Shown piece by piece: positions 18,641 to 28,712 of a stretch of 64,000 bases of DNA. The stretch is from Bacteroidota bacterium. Its GTDB lineage: Bacteria; Bacteroidota; Bacteroidia; NS11-12g; UBA9320. A program made the translations under genes and the position numbers. The stretch spans positions 42,773 to 106,772 of the forward strand of contig JAIBDD010000003.1 in the NCBI GenBank assembly GCA_024679565.1, written 5' to 3'. Position 1 is the stretch's first letter, and each line of letters starts with the position of its first letter. Under the pieces are notes generated by a model. That model was not told where the DNA came from. It searched no databases and saw only the letters and a program-made list of their open reading frames with translations.

Positions 18641-20464
18641 ATGTCTTCACAACTCCCTGAAAATAAGAGGTTAATGAAAAACTTTTCATCAAAAAGTATG
18701 CGATTACAGTTTCTTAAAACGAGTGCTTTTGCATTTTTACTCGTTCTATCTTCTCTGCAAGGATTTGCAGCATTAAAAATTGAAACAAGTGCCACCGGAC
18801 TTCCTGTATCGGAAGAAACAATTAAATCTGGGGAGGCTTTGTTCAAATCCAAGTGTCAATCTTGTCACCAGTTAGACCGACGTACGACCGGCCCTGCCTT
18901 AACAGGTGTTACGGAAAGACGTGAAATGGATTGGTTGATTCAATGGATTAGAAACAACAACGAACTGCGTCAATCAGGCGATGCTGATGCGATTGCTATT
19001 TACAACGAATACAATGGTACTGCCATGAACGTATTTGCTGATTTAAGCGACGATCAAATCAAGTCCATTTTAATGTATACCGAAAATGGCCCCTTAGCAG
19101 CTCCCGTTGTAAAGTCAGATGGCGCTGAACAGAAATTAGACGAAGGTTTGTTTAACAGGACCAACTGGGTTCTATTCTTTTTATCGATACTTGTTTTTGT
19201 GGTGATTATTCTAATCATTAAAACCATTGATATCGTAGGAAAGTTAACAGGAAAAGAAGTTATTCCTTGGAATAACATCAACGCCGGTTTAATGCTAGCA
19301 TTCTTGATCGTAGGAATGATTGCAGGATTATATGAACTATCAATCCATAGCAAGTATTTGTTATTGTCTAATGCATCTTCAGCGCATGGTGGAGAACTAG
19401 ACAGAATGATGAAGATTACATTCATCATCACTGGGTTTGTATTTTTTGTTACTCAAATCGTATTGTTCACGTTTGCGTTCAAGTACAGAGCCAAAAAAGG
19501 TGTTAAAGCATTACACTATCCGCACAACGATAGATTAGAAATTATCTGGACTGCAATCCCTGCGGTTGTTTTAACCATATTGGTTTTAGGTGGATTGAAA
19601 GCATGGAACCACATCAACGAAAAGCCTGCAGAAGGAACAGCTCAGATTGAAGTGTTTGCGCAACAATTTGGATGGCAAGTACGCTACCCAGGTGCTGATG
19701 GCAAGTTGGGTAACTCCAGTCACAACTTAATTTCAGAAAAGTCTAATCCATTAGGTGTAGCCATTCCTTATAAAGCAAAAGAAATCTTAACTGAGTTAGA
19801 ATCAGACTTAAAATACTACGAGGAAGCCAAAGCAGGATTACCTGAAAAACTTGGAGATTTAAAATCTACTTTAGGTGGGCGTGTTGGTAAGGATCTCAAA
19901 AATCACCTTAAACTCATTGAAGAGATTGAGTCGGGCAAAGAAGAATCTTTCTATGACCTACAATTAAGAAGACGTAACACGCAAATCAAACGAATCAAAT
20001 TATCATTATCAGGAGATGCACCATTGTATACAGCAGCTGCTAAAGACGATATCATTTCAGATGAGATTCATTTGGTAGTAAACGAGCCTGTTACATTCAA
20101 GTTGCGCTCAAGAGACGTAATACACAGTGCATTAATGAAAGAGTTTAGAGCTCAAATGAACGTTGTACCTGGCATCCCTACACAATTCACTTTCACCCCG
20201 ATTACTACAACAAAGGGACGTAGAGATGAATTAAACAACCAAGAATTTGACTATCACGTTATCTGTAACAAAATATGTGGAAACTCTCACTTCAACATGA
20301 AAATCAAAATTGTTGTTGAAACACAAGCAGAGTATGATAAGTGGATGGCAGATCAGAAAGCAACTTTTGCTCAAGAGGATGCTGAAGAAGCACCAGCCGA
20401 AGCACCTGCTGCTGAGGAAACAACTGAACCAACCGAAAACAGTGGCGAAGTAGCCATGAACTAA
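18641..20464 (+). CDS. ctaC: cytochrome c oxidase subunit II with an N-terminal cytochrome c domain
   Basis: Heme-c motif CQSCH near the N-terminus. It has TM helices and a cupredoxin domain with CuA ligands H...CNKICGNSHFNM. It is 607 aa. Confidence 0.85.
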   Translation: MSSQLPENKRLMKNFSSKSMRLQFLKTSAFAFLLVLSSLQGFAALKIETSATGLPVSEETIKSGEALFKSKCQSCHQLDRRTTGPALTGVTERREMDWLIQWIRNNNELRQSGDADAIAIYNEYNGTAMNVFADLSDDQIKSILMYTENGPLAAPVVKSDGAEQKLDEGLFNRTNWVLFFLSILVFVVIILIIKTIDIVGKLTGKEVIPWNNINAGLMLAFLIVGMIAGLYELSIHSKYLLLSNASSAHGGELDRMMKITFIITGFVFFVTQIVLFTFAFKYRAKKGVKALHYPHNDRLEIIWTAIPAVVLTILVLGGLKAWNHINEKPAEGTAQIEVFAQQFGWQVRYPGADGKLGNSSHNLISEKSNPLGVAIPYKAKEILTELESDLKYYEEAKAGLPEKLGDLKSTLGGRVGKDLKNHLKLIEEIESGKEESFYDLQLRRRNTQIKRIKLSLSGDAPLYTAAAKDDIISDEIHLVVNEPVTFKLRSRDVIHSALMKEFRAQMNVVPGIPTQFTFTPITTTKGRRDELNNQEFDYHVICNKICGNSHFNMKIKIVVETQAEYDKWMADQKATFAQEDAEEAPAEAPAAEETTEPTENSGEVAMN

Positions 20465-20495
20465 TTGAATTAAAATTTTAAAGAACGATACGAAG

Positions 20496-22370
20496 ATGAG
20501 TAACGATCACGGACATCACAAAGAAACCTTCATTTCGAAGTACGTATTTAGTATGGATCACAAGATGATATCCAAACAATTCCTAATTACAGGAATTATC
20601 ATGGGTGTTATGGGTGTGGCCATGTCAATATTGTTTCGATTGCAACTTGCATGGCCAGACACGAGTTTTCCAATTTTAAACTGGCTGTTTGGTGACCAAT
20701 GGGCACCAGAAGGACGTTTAGATTCTGGATTTTACATGGGATTGGTAACCATTCACGGTACCATCATGGTATTCTATGTGCTTACCGCCGGATTAAGTGG
20801 AACTTTTTCGAACCTATTGATACCATTACAAGTTGGCGCGCGTGATATGGCATCGCCTTTTATGAATATGCTTTCGTACTGGTTCTTCTTCCTTTCAAGT
20901 GTGGTGCTAATGAGTAGCATGTTTGTTTCTACCGGACCTGCATCTGGTGGTTGGACGATTTACCCTCCTTTAAGTGCATTGGCCAAAGCCATGCCTGGTT
21001 CTGGATTAGGTATGACCTTGTGGCTTATTGCCATTATATTATTCATTGTGTCCGCCCTGTTAGGTGGTATTAACTATATCTCAACTGTTCTTAACATGAG
21101 AACCAAAGGCATGTCGATGAACAGAATGCCACTTACCATTTGGGCATTCTTGTTGACAGCTATCTTAGGGTTATTATCCTTCCCAGTATTACTTGGTGGT
21201 GGATTATTGCTCATGTTTGATCGACTGGCAGGAACAAGTTTCTATTTATCAGACATCTTCTTAGGTGGAGGAATTGGTGCACTTGAACAATCAGGTGGTA
21301 GCCCAATTCTTTTCCAGCACTTGTTCTGGTTCTTAGGGCACCCGGAGGTTTACATTATCATTATGCCAGCCTTGGGTATTACCTCTGAAGTAATCGCCGT
21401 CAATTCGCGTAAGCCTATTTTTGGTTACACCGCGATGGTTATTTCCTTAATTGGTATTGCAGTACTATCATTTTTAGTTTGGGGTCACCACATGTTTATT
21501 ACAGGAATGAACCCTTTCTTAGGAACTGTATTCCTTATCATGACTTTAATAATTGCCGTTCCATCTGCTGTAAAAACGTTCAACTATCTAGCTACTTTAT
21601 GGAAAGGTAGTATTCGATTTACAAACGGGATGATGTTTGCCATTGGTTTGGTATCCTTTTTCATTACGGGTGGATTAACTGGACTATTTCTTGGCAACGC
21701 GGCATTGGATATTTCTTTACACGACACCTACTTCGTTGTAGCTCACTTCCACTTAGTAATGGGTAGTTCGGCTATCTTCGGTATGATGGCTGGTATTTAC
21801 CATTGGTTCCCTAGAATGTTTGGTAGAACCATGAACAAGACCTTAGGTTACATTCACTTTTGGTTAACATTTATCTCTGCCTATATGGTATTCTTCCCAA
21901 TGCACTTCCAAGGTTTGGCTGGTGTACCAAGAAGATATTACACCTTTGACATACTTCCTGAATTTGCTCCGTGGTTAGACGTAAACGTCTTTATTACGTT
22001 GGCGGCCATTCTAGGTGGTGTTGCTCAAATCATATTCTTATGGAACTTCTTCTCAAGCATTTTTGCTGGCGAAAAATCAAGCCAAAATCCTTGGGGCGCT
22101 AATACGCTTGAATGGACATCTCCTGTAGAACACATCCATGGCAACTGGCCTGGAGAAATCCCAACAGTTTATCGTTGGCCTTACGACTACAGTTTACCAG
22201 ATTCTGAAAGCGACTTCATCCCACAAAATGTGCCAGACGAAGGGCATAGCGAAGAAATTCATGTGACACCGGTTAATCCTGTGTCATCAGATGCAAAAAA
22301 AGAACCTGAAGAAAGTAACGCAATGTTCTTTACGATGGTTAAAAACTGGTTCGGATTAGGTAGAGCTTAA
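20496..22370 (+). CDS. ctaD: cytochrome c oxidase subunit I
   Basis: Motif WFLGHPEVYIIIMP, the histidine ligands and a 12-TM pattern. It is 624 aa. Confidence 0.95.
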   Translation: MSNDHGHHKETFISKYVFSMDHKMISKQFLITGIIMGVMGVAMSILFRLQLAWPDTSFPILNWLFGDQWAPEGRLDSGFYMGLVTIHGTIMVFYVLTAGLSGTFSNLLIPLQVGARDMASPFMNMLSYWFFFLSSVVLMSSMFVSTGPASGGWTIYPPLSALAKAMPGSGLGMTLWLIAIILFIVSALLGGINYISTVLNMRTKGMSMNRMPLTIWAFLLTAILGLLSFPVLLGGGLLLMFDRLAGTSFYLSDIFLGGGIGALEQSGGSPILFQHLFWFLGHPEVYIIIMPALGITSEVIAVNSRKPIFGYTAMVISLIGIAVLSFLVWGHHMFITGMNPFLGTVFLIMTLIIAVPSAVKTFNYLATLWKGSIRFTNGMMFAIGLVSFFITGGLTGLFLGNAALDISLHDTYFVVAHFHLVMGSSAIFGMMAGIYHWFPRMFGRTMNKTLGYIHFWLTFISAYMVFFPMHFQGLAGVPRRYYTFDILPEFAPWLDVNVFITLAAILGGVAQIIFLWNFFSSIFAGEKSSQNPWGANTLEWTSPVEHIHGNWPGEIPTVYRWPYDYSLPDSESDFIPQNVPDEGHSEEIHVTPVNPVSSDAKKEPEESNAMFFTMVKNWFGLGRA

Positions 22371-22371
22371 A

Positions 22372-23409
22372 TTGTTCAAACCTCAATTCTTTAATCGGTT
22401 TTGTGGCCTGTCGATAATCGGCATAATCCTCCTGTTTTTTTTGGGCGGATTGGTCAGAATAACTGGTTCAGGAATGGGTTGTCCTGATTGGCCAAAGTGT
22501 TTTGGAACTTGGGTTCCACCCACTTCGGTTGATCAACTACCTGAGAACTACGAAGAAGAATATATAGTTAAACGAAAAGTAAAGATTGCTCACTTGGCAG
22601 ACGTACTCGTAAATTTGGGAATGACGAATAAGGCAGAGGTGCTTTTATCCACCACTAAGGAGGATTATGCCACCGAACCCTTTAATGTCCGCAAAACATA
22701 TACAGAATATGTTAACCGACTATGGGGTGCCCTAACAGGTATATTCACTTTACTAACAGTGATATCATCATTTCAATTTCGCAATACGCATATCGCATTG
22801 TTTTGGTATAGTTTCTTTGGAACCTTGTTTGTTGTATTAAATGGCTGGCTGGGCTCTGTAGTTGTGGATACCGATCTACTTGGTGGTGTCGTTTCGCTGC
22901 ATTTCGTTCTTGCCTTTATTTCGTTAACATTTTTCATGATTGCCTATTATAAGGGTAAAGGGAAAGAAGGGACATCAAACAAATTAATTAAAGGATTGGT
23001 TGTATTAGGACTCTTATTGAGTACCGCACAATTGCTAACGGGCACTAACGTCAGAGAAGGTATAGACAGATTTGGTAATGCCGGGGTTAAAATTGGCCTA
23101 GGTAATTTTGAGCTTTTAGGTACCGCCTTTAACGTTCATAGAATATTAGCTTTGGTTACTGGAGCTATCCTGATATTCCTTTTTATTCAAAACAAAAACA
23201 AAACTGCTCGCCCTAAAACGGGGATGATTATTTTGGTAACAACCATTTTTGTAGTTCTTCAAGCACTTACAGGAATCCTAAACATCCGTTTTGATTTTCC
23301 TGCCATTGCACAACTATTACATGTAATCTTAGGAAGTTTGACACTTGTGTCTTTCATATATTTAACGATCCAAGAATTTAAATCTAATCGTGTTACGCAT
23401 GTCTACTAA
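22372..23409 (+). CDS. ctaA: heme A synthase (COX15/CtaA)
   Basis: Motif GSGMGCPDWPKCFG and multiple TM helices. It has a TTG start. Confidence 0.85.
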   Translation: MFKPQFFNRFCGLSIIGIILLFFLGGLVRITGSGMGCPDWPKCFGTWVPPTSVDQLPENYEEEYIVKRKVKIAHLADVLVNLGMTNKAEVLLSTTKEDYATEPFNVRKTYTEYVNRLWGALTGIFTLLTVISSFQFRNTHIALFWYSFFGTLFVVLNGWLGSVVVDTDLLGGVVSLHFVLAFISLTFFMIAYYKGKGKEGTSNKLIKGLVVLGLLLSTAQLLTGTNVREGIDRFGNAGVKIGLGNFELLGTAFNVHRILALVTGAILIFLFIQNKNKTARPKTGMIILVTTIFVVLQALTGILNIRFDFPAIAQLLHVILGSLTLVSFIYLTIQEFKSNRVTHVY

Positions 23410-24295
23410 AACAGCAACGTCCATATTGCCAATATCGCTGACAGCTAAACTGCAGGATTATCATCAGTTGGCTAAAACAAGACTAACCATAACGGTTGTG
23501 CTTTCTGCTGTATTTGGTTTTTTGATTGCAGCGAATGGTGCAACTAACTATGCTGACATTTTTGCACTGATATTTGGTGGTTTCTTTGTTGTCGCTTCAT
23601 CAAATGGACTGAATCAAATAATCGAAAAAGACTTTGATAAACTAATGATGCGTACAAACAACCGACCGGTAGCCACCAATCGGATGTCTGTAAAAGAGGC
23701 AGCAATATTCTGCACCATTAGTGGCGTATTAGGTGTTTTTATCTTAGGTCAATACCTCAACCAAATGAGTGGATGGTTAGGCCTATTTGCCTTATTAAGT
23801 TATGCCTTCCTTTACACGCCTCTAAAACGAATTAGTCCAATAGCTGTTTTTGTTGGAGCATTTCCAGGTGCTATTCCACCATTACTGGGATGGGTTGCCG
23901 CAACAGGTACATTGTCTTGGGGCGGTTGGGCACTTTTTGCCATCCAATTTATTTGGCAATTCCCTCATTTTTGGGCCATTGCATGGGTACTAGACGAAGA
24001 TTACCAACGTGCTGGTTATAGACTCCTTCCTTCCAAAACAGGAAAAGACAAAAAATCAACGGCATTAACCATCTGGTACATTGCCTTACTAATCCCCTTA
24101 AGTGTTGTCCCTTATTTGTTGGGTATAACGGGATGGGTATCAGTGATTATCGCTGTTGCAGCTGGATTGGTATTCTTAACGCAAGGAATTAAATTTCATA
24201 AATCGCCTACAACAAAAGAAGCAAAACGCTTAATGTTCTATTCGATTATATATAACCCTTTGGTATTATTGGCATTTGTAATTGACAAAATATGA
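23399..24295 (+). CDS. cyoE: protoheme IX farnesyltransferase (heme O synthase)
   Basis: UbiA-family TM protein with the NQIIEKDFDKLMMRTNNRP motif. I chose the ATG at 23399. Confidence 0.9.
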   Translation: MSTKTATSILPISLTAKLQDYHQLAKTRLTITVVLSAVFGFLIAANGATNYADIFALIFGGFFVVASSNGLNQIIEKDFDKLMMRTNNRPVATNRMSVKEAAIFCTISGVLGVFILGQYLNQMSGWLGLFALLSYAFLYTPLKRISPIAVFVGAFPGAIPPLLGWVAATGTLSWGGWALFAIQFIWQFPHFWAIAWVLDEDYQRAGYRLLPSKTGKDKKSTALTIWYIALLIPLSVVPYLLGITGWVSVIIAVAAGLVFLTQGIKFHKSPTTKEAKRLMFYSIIYNPLVLLAFVIDKI

Positions 24296-24897
24296 TTGGG
24301 GCAGCACAAATGGAAGACTATAACAACAACGGAAAAATGCACCCAAAGAAATTCTCTTTGGTGTTACTAATAGTTGGTATGACCATGTTATTTCTGGGCT
24401 TAACTAGTGCTTTTTTAGTACGTGAAGCCGAAGGTAATTGGTTGCATTTTAGCTTACCACCTCAGTTTGTAGGTAGCACAATTGCCGTTATTATTAGTTC
24501 GTTGTCTATGTATTTTGCCTATTACTCTGCAAAAAGAGACAACCTTAAAAGTGTTACAGCTGGTATGGCAGTGACGCTTGTTGCCGGTTTGAGTTTCGTT
24601 TACTTCCAATACCTTGGATTTAACGATATGGCAGATAGAGGCATTTACTTTTCACCTGCTAACGGAAGTGCTGGTGGATTAGTGAGTGGTTCATTCGTCA
24701 TTATGTTTATTGCCTTACACTTGCTGCATTTGTTGGGTGGTATCATATTCGTAACCGTCGTTTTAGTAAAGAGTTTAATTTTAAAAGTTCATAAGAAAAA
24801 TACGTTGTCGATTAGTATGTGCAACACATACTGGCACTTCGTGGGCGTCTTATGGATATATTTATACCTGTTTTTAAATTTTGCACCGCAACTTTAG
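24292..24897 (+). CDS. heme-copper oxidase subunit III-like protein (short form)
   Basis: It has 5 TM helices and the C-terminal YWHFVGVLWIYLYL signature. ATGA overlap with cyoE. Confidence 0.75.
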   Translation: MIGAAQMEDYNNNGKMHPKKFSLVLLIVGMTMLFLGLTSAFLVREAEGNWLHFSLPPQFVGSTIAVIISSLSMYFAYYSAKRDNLKSVTAGMAVTLVAGLSFVYFQYLGFNDMADRGIYFSPANGSAGGLVSGSFVIMFIALHLLHLLGGIIFVTVVLVKSLILKVHKKNTLSISMCNTYWHFVGVLWIYLYLFLNFAPQL

Positions 24898-24903
24898 ATT
24901 ATT

Positions 24904-25686
24904 ATGTCAAATAACGCAGTAAGCACAACGTCCACATGGGCTGGAGGAAAATCACCATTTAAAGTAAGCTACGGAAAGCTTATGATGTGGTTCTTCCTAC
25001 TTTCTGATGCATTCACCTTTTCTTCCTTGTTGGTTGGATACGCCACAGTGAGATTCTCATTTCCTCAAGCGAATGAAACACAAATGGCAGAGCTGAGAAA
25101 AGAAATGCCTTTTGGTACTGATGTTCACGAAATGTTTCATGCCAACCCAGATGGGTTTGTTGGCGCAATGAATGACCGAGGAATTTTTGCTGAAACACAA
25201 TGGCCAGCTCCTGAGTTGGTATTTAATCACTTCCCTGGTCACCATTTACATTGGCCGCTGATGTTTGTGAGTTTAATGACTTTCATACTTATTATGAGTA
25301 GTGTCACCATGGTGCTTGCCGTTGAGGCGGGCCAAAGGATGGAGCGGAAAAAAGTAGAAATTTTTATGCTGCTAACCATTATTGGGGGACTGATGTTCCT
25401 TGGCTGCCAAGCTTGGGAGTGGACTAAGTTTATAGGCGAAGGTGCTAAACTGTATACCAACCCATTTGGGCCGGTAACTTTTGCAGCACTGTTCTTCTTA
25501 GTTACAGGTTTCCACGGATTCCACGTATTGAGTGGTGTTGTGATAAACTTTATCATTTATTTAAACGTGCTTAGAGGCACCTACGAAGAACGCGGCCATT
25601 ACGAAATGGTTGAAAAAGTAGGGCTGTATTGGCACTTTGTAGACCTTGTTTGGGTATTCGTATTTACCTTCTTTTACCTTATATAG
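24904..25686 (+). CDS. cytochrome c oxidase subunit III
   Basis: Signatures GFHGFHVLSGV and YWHFVDLVWVFVF. Confidence 0.85.
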   Translation: MSNNAVSTTSTWAGGKSPFKVSYGKLMMWFFLLSDAFTFSSLLVGYATVRFSFPQANETQMAELRKEMPFGTDVHEMFHANPDGFVGAMNDRGIFAETQWPAPELVFNHFPGHHLHWPLMFVSLMTFILIMSSVTMVLAVEAGQRMERKKVEIFMLLTIIGGLMFLGCQAWEWTKFIGEGAKLYTNPFGPVTFAALFFLVTGFHGFHVLSGVVINFIIYLNVLRGTYEERGHYEMVEKVGLYWHFVDLVWVFVFTFFYLI

Positions 25687-25709
25687 TAACCTTTAAATCG
25701 TATCATATC

Positions 25710-26072
25710 ATGAGTAATCATAAAACACCAGTAGACATACACGACGAAGTAAATTACGATCCAACAGTTTGGGTACCAAAAGCACATTCGCATGGTACTA
25801 AAGGGTTATGGAAAACGTTTTGGATTCTTTTGTTTCTTACAGTCGCTGATATAGGCCTGTACTTCACATTGGATCCTGGAATTTTCAGAAACGGCATTTT
25901 CATCTTTTTAGGTGTAGTTAAAGCTGCCTTTATTGTTTATAGCTTTATGCACTTAACATTTGAACACAAAGGGCTTAAAAAATCGATTGTATTACCAATG
26001 ATTTTTGTGATTTACCTAATTGTGTTAATGTTATCTGAAGCCTATTACTGGCTTGATCTAAACTGGTTATAA
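25710..26072 (+). CDS. cytochrome c oxidase subunit IV-family small membrane protein
   Basis: It has 3 TM helices and sits directly after subunit III. I chose the ATG at 25710 (MSNHKTPV); the ORF-track start at 25629 overlaps subunit III. Confidence 0.7.
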   Translation: MSNHKTPVDIHDEVNYDPTVWVPKAHSHGTKGLWKTFWILLFLTVADIGLYFTLDPGIFRNGIFIFLGVVKAAFIVYSFMHLTFEHKGLKKSIVLPMIFVIYLIVLMLSEAYYWLDLNWL

Positions 26073-26806
26073 TGGACAAGCAAAAGCGCGGTCGCATTGC
26101 GCTCGCTTTATTTGTACTAATACCTATAGGCCTTTACTTTCTGTGGAGTAAAGCCAAGGAAACCTTCATTCCCCTAGATTATATGGGGTCATACTATGCC
26201 GATACGACTTTGTTGGCTGACAAAGCACTTATTGATTCAACACTAGGTGATAACTACTATGTTACTGGAGATAGTATCATGGAGATATGGACAATTCGAG
26301 ATTTTGAGTTAGTAGACCAAACAGGCTCTCCAATTTCTTTAAAAACTTTTGAAGACAAGATTATTGTTGCCAACTTCTTTTATGCAACATGTCCTGAGCT
26401 TTGCCCTCGAATGAATAATAACCTCCGGTTGGCTGTGGAAGCTTTTAAGCATAACCCTGATGTGGTTTTCCTATCACATACCGTACACCCAGAACATGAC
26501 TCCGTTCCAGTGCTGGCGACTTATGCAAAAAAATATAACTATGCCAACGACAAGTGGTACTTTGCCACGGGTTTTAAGCATGAAATATATGACTTAGCCG
26601 TAAATCATTACCATGCCGCGGCACCAAGCCCCGACGGCAAGTACGATTTTATTCATAGCACAATGGCCTTTTTGGTAGATAAAAACTTGAGAGTTCGGGG
26701 CTATTTTGAATCCAGAAATAATCCAAAATTTGCGACTGAAGTAAAAAACGGCATAAAAGGTCTTCAAGCTGAATATGCCCAAAATCAGAATAAAAACAAT
26801 GATTAA
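26072..26806 (+). CDS. SCO1/SenC copper chaperone
   Basis: Thioredoxin fold with the CPELCP motif and a downstream His. TAATG overlap with the previous gene. Confidence 0.85.
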   Translation: MDKQKRGRIALALFVLIPIGLYFLWSKAKETFIPLDYMGSYYADTTLLADKALIDSTLGDNYYVTGDSIMEIWTIRDFELVDQTGSPISLKTFEDKIIVANFFYATCPELCPRMNNNLRLAVEAFKHNPDVVFLSHTVHPEHDSVPVLATYAKKYNYANDKWYFATGFKHEIYDLAVNHYHAAAPSPDGKYDFIHSTMAFLVDKNLRVRGYFESRNNPKFATEVKNGIKGLQAEYAQNQNKNND

Positions 26807-27341
26807 AAACGACAAACTCTTTTATAGACTTGCCTTGGCTGTTTCTGCAGTCGTATTCTTGTTGGTAATTGCCTTGAACAAAAGGCTCATCGAACCACCA
26901 TCTGAATTTCCGAACATCATTTACAAGTTTCCGATGTTCAATGCCATTATCAATGGGACATGTTCCATATTACTACTACTTAGCCTAAGAGCGATCAAAC
27001 AGAAAAAGATTGCTGTACATAAAAATCTGAACATTACCACCTTCCTGTTATCGGCCGTATTTCTGATGCTCTATGTGGTCTACCACTTCTTTGTTACGCA
27101 TACAACGTTTGGTGGCGAGGGTGTACTAAAAACCATTTATCTTGTAATTCTTGGACTGCACATTGTTCTTGCTGCACTTGTACTTCCACTCATTTTGATT
27201 GCGTTCTATTTTGGTTTGAATAATAAAATTGATAAACATAAACGCATCGTACGATTTGCCTATCCGATATGGTTATTCGTTACTATATCAGGGGTAATAG
27301 TATACTTGATGATTAGCCCTTATTATCAATATCCGTTGTAA
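26799..27341 (+). CDS. DUF420 membrane protein
   Basis: It has 4-5 TM helices and the position typical of oxidase loci. I chose the ATG at 26799. Confidence 0.7.
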   Translation: MIKNDKLFYRLALAVSAVVFLLVIALNKRLIEPPSEFPNIIYKFPMFNAIINGTCSILLLLSLRAIKQKKIAVHKNLNITTFLLSAVFLMLYVVYHFFVTHTTFGGEGVLKTIYLVILGLHIVLAALVLPLILIAFYFGLNNKIDKHKRIVRFAYPIWLFVTISGVIVYLMISPYYQYPL

Positions 27342-27342
27342 A

Positions 27343-28074
27343 ATGAAATCTAAGTTTCAATTCCTACTACAACGTCTATTAGGCCTTCAAACTTATCTCA
27401 ATATATTTTCGTGGTATAAAATTAAAACGCTTCATCGAGATCAAGGAGAAAACGACTTTTTCCATTTTATTGATATGATTCCGTCGGGCACTAATGTGTT
27501 AGATATAGGAGCCAACATTGGTATCATGTCTTACTATCTGTCTAAACGCGTTTCAACAGGCAAGGTATACGCCTTCGAACCTATGCCTCAAAACCTTGCT
27601 ACTTTACAATGGATTAAAAAGAAATTCCGTCTCGACAACGTTTCTATTTCTGATGTCGCACTAGGGAATGAGGACGGTACGATTGAAATGGTTATGCCTG
27701 TAATCGATAACGTTAAAAAGCAAGGCTTAAGCCATGTGATATCTGACGATATAAAAGACTTTAATGAAGGCGAAACTTTTACTACGACCATAACCAAACT
27801 CGACAACGTGGACTATTTGAAAGACATCAGGTTGTCGGCCATTAAGATTGACGTAGAAAACTTTGAATACCATGTATTTTTAGGCGCCGAGGCACTTATT
27901 AAAACCAACATGCCTATTGTTTATTGTGAACTTTGGGACAATGAAAATCGTTACAAGTGTTTTGATTTGTTGAAATCCTTCGGTTATCAAATTATGTTCA
28001 AGCAAGGAAGTCAACTTATTCCTTTTGATGCGAACAATCATAAAACTCAGAACTTCTTCTTTATTCCTGAATAA
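27343..28074 (+). CDS. FkbM-family SAM-dependent methyltransferase
   Basis: Motifs VLDIGANIG and VYAFEP, and the layout is FkbM-like. Confidence 0.75.
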   Translation: MKSKFQFLLQRLLGLQTYLNIFSWYKIKTLHRDQGENDFFHFIDMIPSGTNVLDIGANIGIMSYYLSKRVSTGKVYAFEPMPQNLATLQWIKKKFRLDNVSISDVALGNEDGTIEMVMPVIDNVKKQGLSHVISDDIKDFNEGETFTTTITKLDNVDYLKDIRLSAIKIDVENFEYHVFLGAEALIKTNMPIVYCELWDNENRYKCFDLLKSFGYQIMFKQGSQLIPFDANNHKTQNFFFIPE

Positions 28075-28087
28075 CTATCTTTGTTGT

Positions 28088-28336
28088 ATGCAAAACGCAA
28101 TTCGAAAAGTCGCCTTAATTACACTTGTCATTATCATGGCTGGTATCTTTAGCGAAGTCTATGCACAATGCCCTATGTGCCGAAGTGCGGTAGAATCTGC
28201 AATGCAAAATGAAGACAACACTGTAGGCGTTGGATTAAATAAAGGCATACTTTATTTGTTGGCCTCGCCATACCTAATCGTTGCCTTTGTAGGTGGATTG
28301 TGGTACCGCAAAAATCGAAAAGCAAAGAATGGCTAA
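28088..28336 (+). CDS. small exported CxxC protein with a C-terminal TM anchor (82 aa)
   Basis: It has a signal peptide, then AQCPMCRSAVE, then the TM helix ILYLLASPYLIVAFVGGLWY and a basic tail. I recognise no family. Confidence 0.5.
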   Translation: MQNAIRKVALITLVIIMAGIFSEVYAQCPMCRSAVESAMQNEDNTVGVGLNKGILYLLASPYLIVAFVGGLWYRKNRKAKNG

Positions 28337-28712
28337 AACTTCTGGTGTACAAGCATTCTTAACTGGCCGTTGTCCGCAATGCAGAAGTGGTCAGATATTC
28401 AAAGGCAGTTTATTTAGTAAGCATTTTAAAGACGTTCATACGCATTGCACCCATTGTAATGTAAAGTACGAGCAAGAACCTGGATTCTTTTGGGGTGCCA
28501 TGTACTTTAGTTACGCATTGATTGTGGGCTTACTGATATTCTTATCTGTAATTATGTTTACGATTTATGATGATCCATCGTTGTTCCTACTGAGCTCTGT
28601 TATCATTGGAATTGCCGTTCCATTAACACCAGTCACGATGCGCATATCTCGGTTATTACTTATCTTTTTAGCTGCACCGTACCGTAAGTTCAGACCAGAA
28701 TTACACGCGTAA
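28329..28712 (+). CDS. DUF983-like zinc-ribbon membrane protein
   Basis: It has CPQC...CTHC pairs followed by two TM helices. It overlaps the previous ORF by 8 nt. Confidence 0.6.
   Translation: MAKTSGVQAFLTGRCPQCRSGQIFKGSLFSKHFKDVHTHCTHCNVKYEQEPGFFWGAMYFSYALIVGLLIFLSVIMFTIYDDPSLFLLSSVIIGIAVPLTPVTMRISRLLLIFLAAPYRKFRPELHA

Noticed and set aside
24292-25686. Two consecutive subunit-III-like oxidase genes as a possible duplication or novel subunit.
   Set aside because: To my knowledge a split or duplicated subunit III arrangement is a regular feature of Bacteroidota oxidase operons. Both ORFs carry the YWHFVD/G signature, so I did not score it as unusual.
25629-25709. Upstream extensions of several ORF-track starts (25629, 26775, 28025, 28293, 12341, 23390, 30706, 56807, 60558).
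   Set aside because: The extensions overlap the preceding gene or destroy an obvious signal peptide or TM start. Internal ATGs give the canonical N-termini. These are start-site choices only and are not experimentally supported.
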